Counted from the stretch's first letter, positions 1 through 9,342 are shown. The stretch is DNA of 32,000 nucleotides from Edaphobacter aggregans (GCF_003945235.1 NZ_RSDW01000001.1:5100001-5132000), one strand, 5' to 3'. Numbers and translations are program-made. The notes: generated by a model from the letters alone, not told the origin.

Positions 1-1019
1 GAGTCGGGGACTTTGGCGATGTGGAGGTCGGTGATGAGGACGGTGTGGAAGTTCTTCTCGGCGAGGTCGTGGACCATCTGGGAGAAGTGGGGGAATTTTT
101 GGGTGTTGACGGTGAAGGGTCGATTCTTTTCCTGGAAGTCGATGTCGAGATAGAGGGCGTCGGCGGGAATGTGGTCGGCTCGGAGGCGATCGGCGATGCC
201 CCTTAGTTCGGTGTCGGTGTAGTAGCTATAGCGGGATTGCTGGAAGCCGAGTGTCCAGAGGGGAGGCAGCGGCGTGGGGCCGGTGAGCCATGCGTAAGTT
301 TCGACTACTTTTTTGGGGTCGGGGCCGTAGAGGAGGTAGTAGTCGACGGGGCCGTCGGGGGCGCTGAAGGTGTAGTCGTTGACGGACTGGTGGCCGAAGT
401 CGAAGAAGGTGCGGAAGGTGTTGTCGAAGAGGACGCCCAGGGCGCGGGCGGCGCGGTAGTCGATGAAGAAGGGGATGGATTTGTAGATGGGGTCGGTGGA
501 CTCCTGCCAGCCGAAGGAGTCGGTGTTCCACATGGTGAAGGACCGGCCTGCGCGATCGAGGGGGCCGGGCTTGTCGCCGAGACCGAAGAAGTGGGAGTCG
601 GGGGATTTTTGCTTGTCGATGACGAAGCTGTTGCCGCGCCACTCGATGGGGTGGGCGTCCTGCTGGAGGATGGTTCCGCTGAGGTCGGCGACGGTGAGGC
701 GGAGGTCGGGGGTGAAGGTGACGCGGAGGGCTTTGGTCTCGAAGCCAGTGGGGGAGGGCGTGACTGTGACGGTGGAGGTGCGGGCTTCGGGAAGGACCGC
801 CCAGGAAGCGTCTGCGGGGAGCTGGCCGGAGTGTCCGGCGCGGACGCGAAGGACGTCGTCGCGGAGGGCGGTGACCTGAAGGATGGTGGTGCCGGAGGTA
901 AGCTCGATTCCATTGGGGAGGGCTTTGAGCTGGGGCGCGCTGGCAGTTTGGGCCGGGGCGGTGAGGCAAATGCCAAGAAGGGCTGCAGGCAGCAGCGCGG
1001 GGAGCCGGACAACATTCAT
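1..1019 (-). CDS. Glycoside hydrolase family 31 alpha-glucosidase, N-terminal ~339 codons; the gene continues past the left edge
   Basis: My own translation of the minus strand from the ATG at 1019-1017 gives MNVVRLPALLPAALLGICLTAPAQTASAP, a Sec-type signal peptide. It continues ...SFTMWNTDSFGWQESTDPIYKSIPFF...PPLWTLGFQQSRYSYY...ADHIPADALYLDIDFQEKNRPFTV... and stays open to position 1. The MWNTD and LDIDF-type motifs are typical of GH31. The ORF is absent from the supplied track because it has no stop in the window. Confidence 0.8.
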   Translation of the reverse strand, partial: MNVVRLPALLPAALLGICLTAPAQTASAPQLKALPNGIELTSGTTILQVTALRDDVLRVRAGHSGQLPADASWAVLPEARTSTVTVTPSPTGFETKALRVTFTPDLRLTVADLSGTILQQDAHPIEWRGNSFVIDKQKSPDSHFFGLGDKPGPLDRAGRSFTMWNTDSFGWQESTDPIYKSIPFFIDYRAARALGVLFDNTFRTFFDFGHQSVNDYTFSAPDGPVDYYLLYGPDPKKVVETYAWLTGPTPLPPLWTLGFQQSRYSYYTDTELRGIADRLRADHIPADALYLDIDFQEKNRPFTVNTQKFPHFSQMVHDLAEKNFHTVLITDLHIAKVPD

Positions 1020-1150
1020 TGTGCAAGACAAACTCATTCGGCTGGGTCGTCGCAATGAACGGGCATACTTCTCTAGATCATTTTTGTATCAACTGATAAA
1101 TACCTTTTAAATGAATGAGAAAGAGATTGGCTTGAACTGGTGGCGAGGGA

Positions 1151-3319
1151 TTATTTGCCGTCGAGATCGATGGAATAGAGGTTGCCGGTGGAAGAACGGG
1201 AGCGCACCAGGGGGACGTTGTCGGGGGTTATGCCGCAGAAAAAGTAATCGGCAGTCTCGCCGGTGCGGAAACTGGCGAGGTCGGCTACCTGCTGGAGCTG
1301 GCCGCTGGGGACGTCGACCCGGTAGATGGGCTGGGTGGGCGACATGAAGGCGTGGATGTAGATGGCTTTGCTGTCGGCGCTCCAGACGGGGTCGGCTACG
1401 GAGGTTTCGGCGAGGAGGCGCCAGGTGCGGGTGGCGACGTCGTAGAGCATAAGCCGGCGCTGGTCGAGGGAGATGGCGGCGATGTAACGGCCGTCGGGGG
1501 ACCAGCGGGGAGAGAAGAGACCCTCGGAACCGGGGACGGGCGTGATGCTGTGGGTGTGGAGGTTGAGTATCTGGATGGCGCGGGAGCCGCTCTCTTTGCC
1601 CATGAGATCGGGGACTCGGCCGAAGACAAGGGATTGGCCGTCGGCGGACCAGTCGGGGTCGCCGGCGTTGCGGTTTTCAGGATGAAGGGGCTGGGGGCTG
1701 CCGCCGTCCGCGGGGACGGAGTAAAGCTGCCAGGCTTGGCCAGGCTCGCGGGCCATGATGGCGAGCTGCTGGCCGTCGGGTGACCAATGGGCGAGGAAGA
1801 CCTGCATGGAGTCGGGAGTGAGCTGAAGCTCCTCTTCGCCGTTGACGCGGGCCCGCCAGAGACGGCCCTTGGCGTCGGTCCATGTGACCCATTGCTGGTC
1901 GCGGGAGAAGTTGACGCGGTTGGCCTGCGAAAGAAATGTGTTTAAGGGAATAAATTCGCGTTTATCGGTGGCGTAACGGAGGAGCTCCGATTTGTTGTCG
2001 AGGCCTAAAAAGAAGATGCGGTGACCGGTACGGGCGGCGATGGGAGCCTCGTAGCGGAGTGGGCCGTTGGTAATGCGGGTGGGGCCGGAGATGTCTTTCC
2101 CGCGAAGCTGCCAGAGGTCTTCGTTGCCGTCGCGGGCGGACTGGAAGAGGAAGTACTTGCCGTCTGGGGTCCAGGTGCCGCAGCACTCGGAGGCTGGGTT
2201 ACTCCATCCACTGAGAATGGGGCGCGGAGTGTGGGTGCCGGCGGGGAGTTCCCAGAGGGACATGGTATGTGCGAGGGGATCGATGATGGTGAAACGGAGG
2301 AGGCGGCCGTCAGGCGACCAGCGCAACCAGAAGGCGCGCCCGGGGACAGTGGCGATGCTGCTGGAGACCCCATCCTTTAAATAGGTTACGAAGAGTTCGT
2401 TGCCCGCGGCGTAGAGGATTCCATTGCCATCAGGCATCCAGGTGGCGTCGTGGGCCAGGATGTTGGCAACGCGAAGGGCGCTGCCGCCACCGACGGGAAC
2501 AACCCAGAGGGGCTGCTCGGACTCGGGGGAGAGGTGGTTGCGGAGCAGGAGTTTTGAGCCGTCGGGGGAGAGGTCGCCGAGGGATGGTGCGGCGATTTCG
2601 CCGGGAATTTCGAGGGGGAGCGCTTCTCCGTTGGCGATGGAGACCTGGGACAGAGAGGAGCGGCCATTTTCGATGACGGAGGAGAAGATGCGAAAGCCAT
2701 CGGTGGCAGTTGCGGGGAGACTCTCCATGGCGGGGGCGCCGGGGGAGATGCGGCCGCTATAGGTGATCTGCGAGATGCGAAGGGGGGAACGAGGGCCGGA
2801 GCTTCCGAGAAACACGCCGAGGGCTACCCCGGCGGCGGCAGCGGCAGCGGCAATGTAGCCGGCATGGATTTGTTTTCCGGGTCGGATCTGTGGAACCGGA
2901 TGGTTTTCGGGCAATTCTGATGGTTGACCGTGTGGAATTGTTGCGGCAACTGGTGGCGTTTGCGTGGTAGGGGAGGCGATGGGATAGCTGACCGGGGTAA
3001 TGAAACGGTATCCCCGGCGGGCAAGTGTTTCGATAAAGCGCGGGTTCTCGGCTGAGTCGCCAAGGGCTTCGCGGATCTTGTTAATGGCTGTGCCGAGGGA
3101 GTGGTCGAAGTCAACGATGGTGTCTTTGCCCCAGAGGCGGAGTTGCAGGTCCTCTCGGGTGACGATCTCACCGGGGTGTTCGAGAAGGGCGGCCAGGACC
3201 TTGAAGGGCTGGCTCTGGATCTTGATGCGTTTGCCTGCCTTCCAGAGTTCGCCACTCTGTAGGTCGACTTCGAAGAGTCCAAACGTTACGCGGGATGGAC
3301 TCTCGATGAGTGGAGACAT
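1151..3319 (-). CDS. Membrane-anchored transcriptional regulator: OmpR/CadC-type winged-helix DNA-binding domain, one TM segment, periplasmic TolB/PD40-like beta-propeller
   Basis: 722-aa ORF. The N-terminus FGLFEVDLQSGELWKAGKRIKIQSQPFKVLAALLEHPGEIVTREDLQLRLWG...RGYRF matches the trans_reg_C pattern. A hydrophobic segment YIAAAAAAAGVALGVFLG follows. About eight PD40-like blade motifs come after it (LSPDGSKLLL, WMPDGNGILY, WSPDGRLLRF, WTPDGKYFLF, WSPDGQQLAI, WSADGQSLVF, WSPDGRYIAA, WSADSKAIYI). Confidence 0.85.
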   Translation of the reverse strand: MSPLIESPSRVTFGLFEVDLQSGELWKAGKRIKIQSQPFKVLAALLEHPGEIVTREDLQLRLWGKDTIVDFDHSLGTAINKIREALGDSAENPRFIETLARRGYRFITPVSYPIASPTTQTPPVAATIPHGQPSELPENHPVPQIRPGKQIHAGYIAAAAAAAGVALGVFLGSSGPRSPLRISQITYSGRISPGAPAMESLPATATDGFRIFSSVIENGRSSLSQVSIANGEALPLEIPGEIAAPSLGDLSPDGSKLLLRNHLSPESEQPLWVVPVGGGSALRVANILAHDATWMPDGNGILYAAGNELFVTYLKDGVSSSIATVPGRAFWLRWSPDGRLLRFTIIDPLAHTMSLWELPAGTHTPRPILSGWSNPASECCGTWTPDGKYFLFQSARDGNEDLWQLRGKDISGPTRITNGPLRYEAPIAARTGHRIFFLGLDNKSELLRYATDKREFIPLNTFLSQANRVNFSRDQQWVTWTDAKGRLWRARVNGEEELQLTPDSMQVFLAHWSPDGQQLAIMAREPGQAWQLYSVPADGGSPQPLHPENRNAGDPDWSADGQSLVFGRVPDLMGKESGSRAIQILNLHTHSITPVPGSEGLFSPRWSPDGRYIAAISLDQRRLMLYDVATRTWRLLAETSVADPVWSADSKAIYIHAFMSPTQPIYRVDVPSGQLQQVADLASFRTGETADYFFCGITPDNVPLVRSRSSTGNLYSIDLDGK

Positions 3320-3478
3320 GAACCTTTTTTACCTCACTGGAGACCGATACAAACCTTTTAACTTTATACCCTTGCGTTATGCGGGTTGATGGTGGGGGCC
3401 ATGTCTATGAAAGTAAAAGGCTTGTCAGATGATGCAGAATTGAAGGGAAAAGGGAAGCGCGAGCATTGCGGTTATGTG

Positions 3479-3542
3479 CCTGAAAACGAAATGGTTCTCG
3501 GCGCAACAGAAAGTTGCAGCCTGACCGGACCGAAAACAGGAC
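3479..3542 (+). repeat. Variant copy of the palindromic intergenic element, 27 nt upstream of the TonB-receptor start
   Basis: The sequence is CCTGAAAACGAAATGGTTCTCGGCGCAACAGAAAGTTGCAGCCTGACCGGACCGAAAACAGGAC. Its left module matches CCTGAAAACGGCGTTTTCGGCAAC at 11002. The right part retains AAGTTGC...CCGAAAAC. Confidence 0.45.
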
Positions 3543-3569
3543 GGCGGGAAGGAACCATTTGGAGGCAGC

Positions 3570-6500
3570 ATGAAACGATATCTATGGTTGGGTTCTACGG
3601 CCAACCACTTCTTCTACCGAACACTTCTTTTGATCGGCCTGGCCCTTGGACTGACGGGGGCGATGGCGGCGCAGACGGACACCGGCCGCGTGACCGGATC
3701 TGTGGCCGATGCCACGGGCGCAATCCTTCCAGGGGCGGTGATTACGCTCAAGAATGTCGAAACGGGGGCGGTGCGGAATGTAACCTCGGGTTCGGACGGA
3801 AACTTTACGTTCACGGCAGTGACGCGCGGCAGCTACCAGATCGGAGTGTCTAAGACCGGGTTCCAGACGACTGAACAGAGTTTTGTGCTGCAAGTGTCGG
3901 AGGTGCAGAGGATCGAATTCCGGCTTCAGGTGGGCGGGTCGAACACGATAGTGGAGGTAACGGGTGCGGCGCCGATCATCGATATCTCTACTTCCGCGAC
4001 GGGCGCAGTGATTGAAGGGAAGCAGGTGACGGACCTTCCGCTGAACGGACGGAACTTTACCCAACTAGCGGCACTGGTGCCGGGTGTGGCGCGTGGTAGC
4101 TTCTCAAGCGATGCGAGCGGCAGAAATTCGAACGTCGAGACCTTCCGATACAGCGACAGTGGCGGAGCGGCGCTGAACGTGAATGGGCTGCGTCCGCAGT
4201 CGAACAATTTTCTGCTGGATGGAACGGACAATAATGAGTCGCTGGTGAACACGATTGTGTTCTTCGCTCCACCCGAGGCGATTCAGGAGTTTCGCGTGAC
4301 GACCAGCGTTGCCCCGGCGGAGTTCGGGCGAGCTGGTGGTGCGATCGTGAATACGTCGATTAAATCGGGCACGAACCAGATCCACGGATCGATGTTCGGA
4401 TACTTCCGCGATCAGATCTTCGATGCGAGTCCGAATTACTTCAGCCCGACCACTGCGGCACCCACCTTCCAACGGAAACAGTTTGGCGTTGCTGCGGGTG
4501 GTCCACTTTGGAAGAACCGTCTGTTCCTCTTCGGCGACTATCAGGCGCTTCGGCAGAAGAGGCCTCAGGATGCGGGTTTCCAGACGGTGCCGACGCAGCT
4601 AATGCGTACGGGAAACTTCAGCGAATTGCTTGCCCAGAACATAACGACGGGTTCACCAAGCAACTACACTTCTCAGACGGGATGCACGGGCACGGTTGTG
4701 ATTCCGGGAGCGATCTATGATCCAACGACGTGCCAGGCCTTTGCGGGCAACATCATTCCAACAGCACGGCAGAATCAGGCGGGCGTCAATTATCTGAACG
4801 CGTTCGATCTGCCGTCTCGTAGCGGCGTGATCAACAATTACTATACGGTGCGCAAGTCGATTCAGAACTTCAACGATTTTGATGTGCGCCTGGACTGGCA
4901 CGCGAGCTCGAAAGACAGCCTGTTTACACGCTACAGCTACGGCCAGGACAACCTCAACATCAACAGCCTGTTCACTAAGTTGCCTGCGGGCTTTGCTTCC
5001 GGCGCCAACACCAACCATCCGCGTGGCGTGGCTGCGGGATATACACGCATCTTCACAGCAAATATCGTCAACGAATTTCGGTTTGGCTATACGCGGCCGG
5101 AGTATGCGTATATCAATCCGTTTGAAGGCACGCCGGTCTCAGCGAATCTGGGTATTGTGAACGCGAACCGGAATGCGTTGCTGGGCGGAGGTGCGCTGAT
5201 TGGCGGAGGCAATACGCAGATTGCGTATACCGGTGACGGAGGACCCTACTCGGTGCCACAGAAGAGCTACCAGTTTGCCGATGCAGTGACCTTTGTCCAT
5301 GGTCGGCATACGTTCAAAACTGGAGCTAACATCATTCGACGTGAGGTGGACTTCTTCCAGGGCAATGACTCGAAGGGCTACTTCGTTCTTGGCGGCCTGA
5401 ACTATCCGGGGACGGGACGGTTTACCGGTTATGAGACATCGGAGATTCTCGCCGGCTTCAGCGATTACGAGATCGGTGCGGCAAGCACGTACTTCAAGAC
5501 GAGGAACTGGGAGACGGGCTACTTTGTCCAGGACGACTGGAAGGTGACGAGACGGTTGACGCTGAACCTCGGGGTTCGCTATGACTTATATACGTTCCCG
5601 TACGAGTTGAACAACAACCAGTCGAACTACGACATTGCATCGGGTACGCTGAAGGTAGCGGGGGTGAACGGTAACTCGCGCAGCCTGGTAAACACGGACA
5701 TGAACAATGTTGCCCCTCGGCTGGGTTTTGCCTATGACCTGTTTGGAGACGGAAAGACGTCGCTGCGCGGGGGATATGGCATCTTCTACTTTCTTGACCG
5801 CGGCGGAATTGGCAACCAGCTAAGCAATAACCCTGGATATAACGGTGTGAGCAGCTATACGGCGGCGAATGGCTACCGTATTACCTTCTCGGGCCAGGGA
5901 CCTATGAATAGCAATGACAACACATTGGCGACGGCCGCGCTGCCGCTGCCTCCGTTTGGACCAAGCTCGGTGGATCTGCTGAATCCGACAAATGTGAATG
6001 TGATCGCAGTCCCGCAGAACAATCAGACCAGCAATGTGCAGCAATGGAACCTACAATTGCAGCAGCAGCTTGATCGTGCGACGTCGGTAAACATTGCTTA
6101 CGTTGGCAACAAGAGCGACCACTTGATGACGTGGTTCAACCTGAACTCGCCGGTGCTGAACGGCACCGGTGCCGGGCTGTATCCGAACCGCAACAATATC
6201 CAGGAGGGTCTTGCGGGCGGAACGGCGAAGTATAACGGGCTGCAGATGTTTGTGAATCGGCAACTGGCAGCGGGGTTGCAGGCGACGGTGGCCTACACAT
6301 GGTCGCATGGGCTGGACGACTCAAACGGTGCGTTTACTACGGGAACGGCAGGGGCTGGTGCTCGCATCTTCATCGAGAACGGCGGCCCGAATCTTCGCGC
6401 CAACTACGGAAGCAGTGATCTGGACCAGCGGCATCTGTTTGTAGCCAGCACGATCTATCAACTGCCTCTGGGGCGCGGCAAGATGTTTGGAACGAACATG

Positions 6501-7040
6501 AACCGTGCGCTGGATGAGGTAGTTGGTGGATGGCAGTTGAATTCCATCGTTACGCTGGAGAGCGGGAATCCAATTGACATCAACACGAGCAGTGCGACCG
6601 GTGGTCTGGATAACCGTCCGGACTTGATCAGCTATCAGCGGGTTTCAAGGCAGATGGTTGGAGGGACGAGCAATGCAAACAACCTGACTTACTTTAGTGG
6701 GACGTTTGCGCTTCCTCCGATAAATGGGTCGGGTGTGTTCACGCGGCCCGGAAACCTGGCGCGTAATACGTTTGTCGGGCCGAGCTACCGGACCTGGGAT
6801 GTGGGCATGTTCAAGGGCTTCCACATCACTGAGCGGGTGAATGCGGAGTTCCGTGCACAAGCATATAACGTGCTGAATACGCCGCAGTTTTCGAATCCGG
6901 ATACGAATATTACGGATGGGCTGGCGATCAATAATGGAACGGAGTTCACCACCGGTAGCGGGAAGTCGTTTGGAACGATCAGCGCGACACGGTTGAATAC
7001 GCAGCGTCAACTGGAGCTGGCCGCGCACATCAACTTCTAA
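3570..7040 (+). CDS. TonB-dependent outer-membrane receptor with an N-terminal carboxypeptidase-regulatory-like domain
   Basis: 1156-aa ORF with a GGAGG RBS at 3561-3565, 4 nt before the ATG. The signal peptide is LLLIGLALGLTGAMAAQ. The CarboxypepD_reg signature is GRVTGSVADATGAILPGAVITLKNVETGAVRNVTSGSDGNFTFTAVTRGSYQIGVSKTGFQ. A plug-like LNGRNFTQLAALVPGV is present, followed by a long beta-rich barrel that ends in a terminal aromatic residue (...LELAAHINF). Confidence 0.9.
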   Translation: MKRYLWLGSTANHFFYRTLLLIGLALGLTGAMAAQTDTGRVTGSVADATGAILPGAVITLKNVETGAVRNVTSGSDGNFTFTAVTRGSYQIGVSKTGFQTTEQSFVLQVSEVQRIEFRLQVGGSNTIVEVTGAAPIIDISTSATGAVIEGKQVTDLPLNGRNFTQLAALVPGVARGSFSSDASGRNSNVETFRYSDSGGAALNVNGLRPQSNNFLLDGTDNNESLVNTIVFFAPPEAIQEFRVTTSVAPAEFGRAGGAIVNTSIKSGTNQIHGSMFGYFRDQIFDASPNYFSPTTAAPTFQRKQFGVAAGGPLWKNRLFLFGDYQALRQKRPQDAGFQTVPTQLMRTGNFSELLAQNITTGSPSNYTSQTGCTGTVVIPGAIYDPTTCQAFAGNIIPTARQNQAGVNYLNAFDLPSRSGVINNYYTVRKSIQNFNDFDVRLDWHASSKDSLFTRYSYGQDNLNINSLFTKLPAGFASGANTNHPRGVAAGYTRIFTANIVNEFRFGYTRPEYAYINPFEGTPVSANLGIVNANRNALLGGGALIGGGNTQIAYTGDGGPYSVPQKSYQFADAVTFVHGRHTFKTGANIIRREVDFFQGNDSKGYFVLGGLNYPGTGRFTGYETSEILAGFSDYEIGAASTYFKTRNWETGYFVQDDWKVTRRLTLNLGVRYDLYTFPYELNNNQSNYDIASGTLKVAGVNGNSRSLVNTDMNNVAPRLGFAYDLFGDGKTSLRGGYGIFYFLDRGGIGNQLSNNPGYNGVSSYTAANGYRITFSGQGPMNSNDNTLATAALPLPPFGPSSVDLLNPTNVNVIAVPQNNQTSNVQQWNLQLQQQLDRATSVNIAYVGNKSDHLMTWFNLNSPVLNGTGAGLYPNRNNIQEGLAGGTAKYNGLQMFVNRQLAAGLQATVAYTWSHGLDDSNGAFTTGTAGAGARIFIENGGPNLRANYGSSDLDQRHLFVASTIYQLPLGRGKMFGTNMNRALDEVVGGWQLNSIVTLESGNPIDINTSSATGGLDNRPDLISYQRVSRQMVGGTSNANNLTYFSGTFALPPINGSGVFTRPGNLARNTFVGPSYRTWDVGMFKGFHITERVNAEFRAQAYNVLNTPQFSNPDTNITDGLAINNGTEFTTGSGKSFGTISATRLNTQRQLELAAHINF

Positions 7041-7057
7041 CTGTTTGTATATTGTCT

Positions 7058-7097
7058 GCGGCGTCGCTTTCTAAAAAGAATGCGGCGCCGCTTTTTT
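7058..7097 (+). terminator. Rho-independent terminator after the TonB-dependent receptor gene
   Basis: GCGGCGTCGC (7058-7067) pairs with GCGGCGCCGC (7082-7091) as a 10-bp stem with one G-U pair. The loop is 14 nt and is followed by TTTTTT (7092-7097). The receptor stop codon ends at 7040. Confidence 0.7.
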
Positions 7098-7126
7098 CAG
7101 TGCTTTCTTTTGAAGGGGAGTCTGCT

Positions 7127-8986
7127 GTGATTCGTTGTTCGCGTTGGCTGATGTGCGGTGTGTTTGGAGCGGCGCTGGTTTGTGGTTTGGGCGAGGCAGT
7201 AGCTCAGGCTCCGCGGATGACGAAGGTCGATCCGCCGAACTGGTGGGCCGAGATGCCGAAGGCGATGCTGCTGGTGCAGGGTGAGAATTTGTCGGGTGCA
7301 CGGTTTCATGTCAGCGACGCGCGGGTGCGGGTGGAGAAGACGAAGATCTCTGCGAATGGCCACTGGGCGCAGCTGTGGCTGAGCGCTTCGCCGGTGAAGG
7401 CGGAGACGGTGACGATAACGGCGCAGGCGAATGGGGGGACGACTACGCTGCCGTTTACCTTTGCGGCTCGGCGGAAGAGTGATGATGGGTTTGCTGGGTT
7501 CTCGTCGAAGGATGTGATGTATCTGATCATGACGGATCGCTTTGCGGATGGCGATGCGACAAATAATGGTGTGGGCTATGATCGCGCGAAGCCTCGAGGA
7601 TGGCATGGGGGCGATCTGCGGGGGATTGCGCAGCAGCTTGATTATCTGCAGGACCTTGGTGTAACGACGGTGTGGATTACGCCGGTGTATCAGAACCACG
7701 AGGACCAAAGCTATCACGGGTATGGCGCGACCGATATGTATGCGGTCGATGAACACTTTGGCACGCTGGAGGATTTCAAAGCGCTGGCTGCTGCGTTGCA
7801 TAAGCGCGGGATGAAGCTGGTGCTGGATACGGTCCCGAATCATGTGGGGCCGGCGCATGTGTGGGTGGAAGATTCGCCTGAGCCTGACTGGTTTCATGGA
7901 ACGAAGGGGAATCATCGTGAGGCGCAGGGGGACTTCAAGCCGCTGACGGACCCGCATGCTCCGTGGCTGACGCAGAGAGATGTGACGGAGGGATGGTTTG
8001 CGAATGTGCTGCCGGATTTGAATCAGGAGAATAGGGCGGTGGCGCAGTACCTGACGCAGAATGCGGTGTGGTGGATTGAGCAGGCGGGACTGGATGGCTT
8101 GCGGCTCGATACGTTTCCATATGTGGGGAGAGAGTTTTGGAAGGGATTTCATGCGGAGATACATGGGCTGTATCCGCGGGTGACTACGGTGGGTGAGGTT
8201 TTCAATACGGATGCAACGATTACTTCGGCGTTTGCCGGAGGCGTGACGCGGAATGGAGTGGATACGGGACTGGATACGCCGTTTGATTACCCGGGCTACT
8301 TTGGCTTGCGTGATGTGCTGCTGCATGGTGCGCCGATGTCGAAGCTGGCGGAGGTGTGGCGGTTGGATGCGCTCTATCCGCATCCGGAAAGGCTGGTGCC
8401 GTTTGAAGGGAATCATGACACGCCGCGGTTTCTGAGTGAGGCCGGAGCTACGCCGGCGAAGCTGAAGCTGGCGTTTGCGATTCTTGCGACGATGCGCGGG
8501 ATGCCGCAGATTTATTCGGGAGATGAGATTGCCATGAGGGGTGAAGAGGATCCGGATAATCGACGGGATTTTCCTGGAGGCTTTGTCGGCGGCGCAGAGA
8601 ATGCGTTCGTGAATGGATCAAGGACAGCTGAGCAGAGAGAGATGCATGACTGGGTGAAGGGGCTGCTCGATCTGCGGCGTGCCCATGATGTGTTGCAAAC
8701 CGGAGAGCAACAGGTGTTACAGACGGGTGTCGACACGATGGTATATGTGCGGGGAAGGAATCTTCGGTGGGGTTGCGCGTCCGGCGATGGAGAGGGTCGC
8801 GTATTGGTGGTGGTTAACAAGGGGGATAAGGCGGAGATGCTGGATCTGCCGATGAGTCATACAGCTATTGCAGAGTGCCGTAAGACAAGTGCTTTCTGGG
8901 GAGCGGAGGGCGCGGTGGAGATCAAGGGGGACATGCTGCATGTCGTTGTTTCGCCTGGTTCGGTTGAGATCATCGGTGTGAATTAG
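7127..8986 (+). CDS. Secreted GH13 alpha-amylase-family enzyme (cyclomaltodextrinase/neopullulanase-like)
   Basis: GH13 conserved regions are present: DRFADGD, GGDLRGIAQQLDYLQDLGVTTVWITPV, LVLDTVPNHVG, GLDGLRLDTFPYV (nucleophile Asp), GEVF (acid/base Glu) and FEGNHDTPRF. I moved the start to the GTG at 7127, which has a GGGGAG RBS at 7115-7120 and gives the signal peptide VIRCSRWLMCGVFGAALVCGLGEAVAQA. The track start at 7052 lies inside the upstream terminator. Confidence 0.88.
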   Translation: MIRCSRWLMCGVFGAALVCGLGEAVAQAPRMTKVDPPNWWAEMPKAMLLVQGENLSGARFHVSDARVRVEKTKISANGHWAQLWLSASPVKAETVTITAQANGGTTTLPFTFAARRKSDDGFAGFSSKDVMYLIMTDRFADGDATNNGVGYDRAKPRGWHGGDLRGIAQQLDYLQDLGVTTVWITPVYQNHEDQSYHGYGATDMYAVDEHFGTLEDFKALAAALHKRGMKLVLDTVPNHVGPAHVWVEDSPEPDWFHGTKGNHREAQGDFKPLTDPHAPWLTQRDVTEGWFANVLPDLNQENRAVAQYLTQNAVWWIEQAGLDGLRLDTFPYVGREFWKGFHAEIHGLYPRVTTVGEVFNTDATITSAFAGGVTRNGVDTGLDTPFDYPGYFGLRDVLLHGAPMSKLAEVWRLDALYPHPERLVPFEGNHDTPRFLSEAGATPAKLKLAFAILATMRGMPQIYSGDEIAMRGEEDPDNRRDFPGGFVGGAENAFVNGSRTAEQREMHDWVKGLLDLRRAHDVLQTGEQQVLQTGVDTMVYVRGRNLRWGCASGDGEGRVLVVVNKGDKAEMLDLPMSHTAIAECRKTSAFWGAEGAVEIKGDMLHVVVSPGSVEIIGVN

Positions 8987-9015
8987 GTGCTCCCCGATTG
9001 CATTAGCATGTAAGA

Positions 9016-9054
9016 GCTTTCGTAGAGAATTTTGATAGCTACGAGAGCCTTTTT
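9016..9054 (+). terminator. Rho-independent terminator after the GH13 gene
   Basis: GCTTTCGTAG (9016-9025) pairs with CTACGAGAGC (9039-9048) as a 10-bp stem with one G-U pair. The loop is 13 nt and is followed by TTTTT (9050-9054). It lies 30 nt after the stop at 8986. Confidence 0.65.
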
Positions 9055-9342
9055 CCAGCACCGCATCGCCGTATACATCTCCTCGTCCGAGGATATCGCC
9101 ATGGAAAACGGGGGCACATAGGCGGTCTCCGGCGCTCCTGAGTTTGCGACTCCTCGCCCGAGACAAACAGCCCTAGTCCCTCATGCAGCCGGCGTCGTGA
9201 GCGCGCCGGCTTCCAACGACCGCACCTTGCAGAAGTGAAATCATATGGCGGCGACCGCGATCTCAGCATTATGCCAAGTGGGACAAACTTCAGCCCAACT
9301 CACATAAGGACTACCGAAGGTGTCAGTAGCCGATGGGGATGA

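Noticed and set aside
226-1058. Three long ORFs (226..1026 minus, 305..1015 minus, 237..1058 plus)
   Set aside because: Their translations are low-complexity Pro/Arg/Ser/Gly/Ala strings. A different minus-strand frame gives a signal peptide plus GH31 motifs, so these are shadow ORFs of G+C-rich coding DNA.
3386-3853. 155-aa plus-strand ORF spanning the regulator/receptor intergenic region
   Set aside because: It overlaps the receptor start in another frame. The receptor has a strong GGAGG RBS and signal peptide, while this ORF has no supporting signal.
7097-8416. 439-aa minus-strand ORF
   Set aside because: It lies antisense to the GH13 gene, whose catalytic motifs are unambiguous. The product is Arg/His/Pro/Ile-rich with no recognisable domain.
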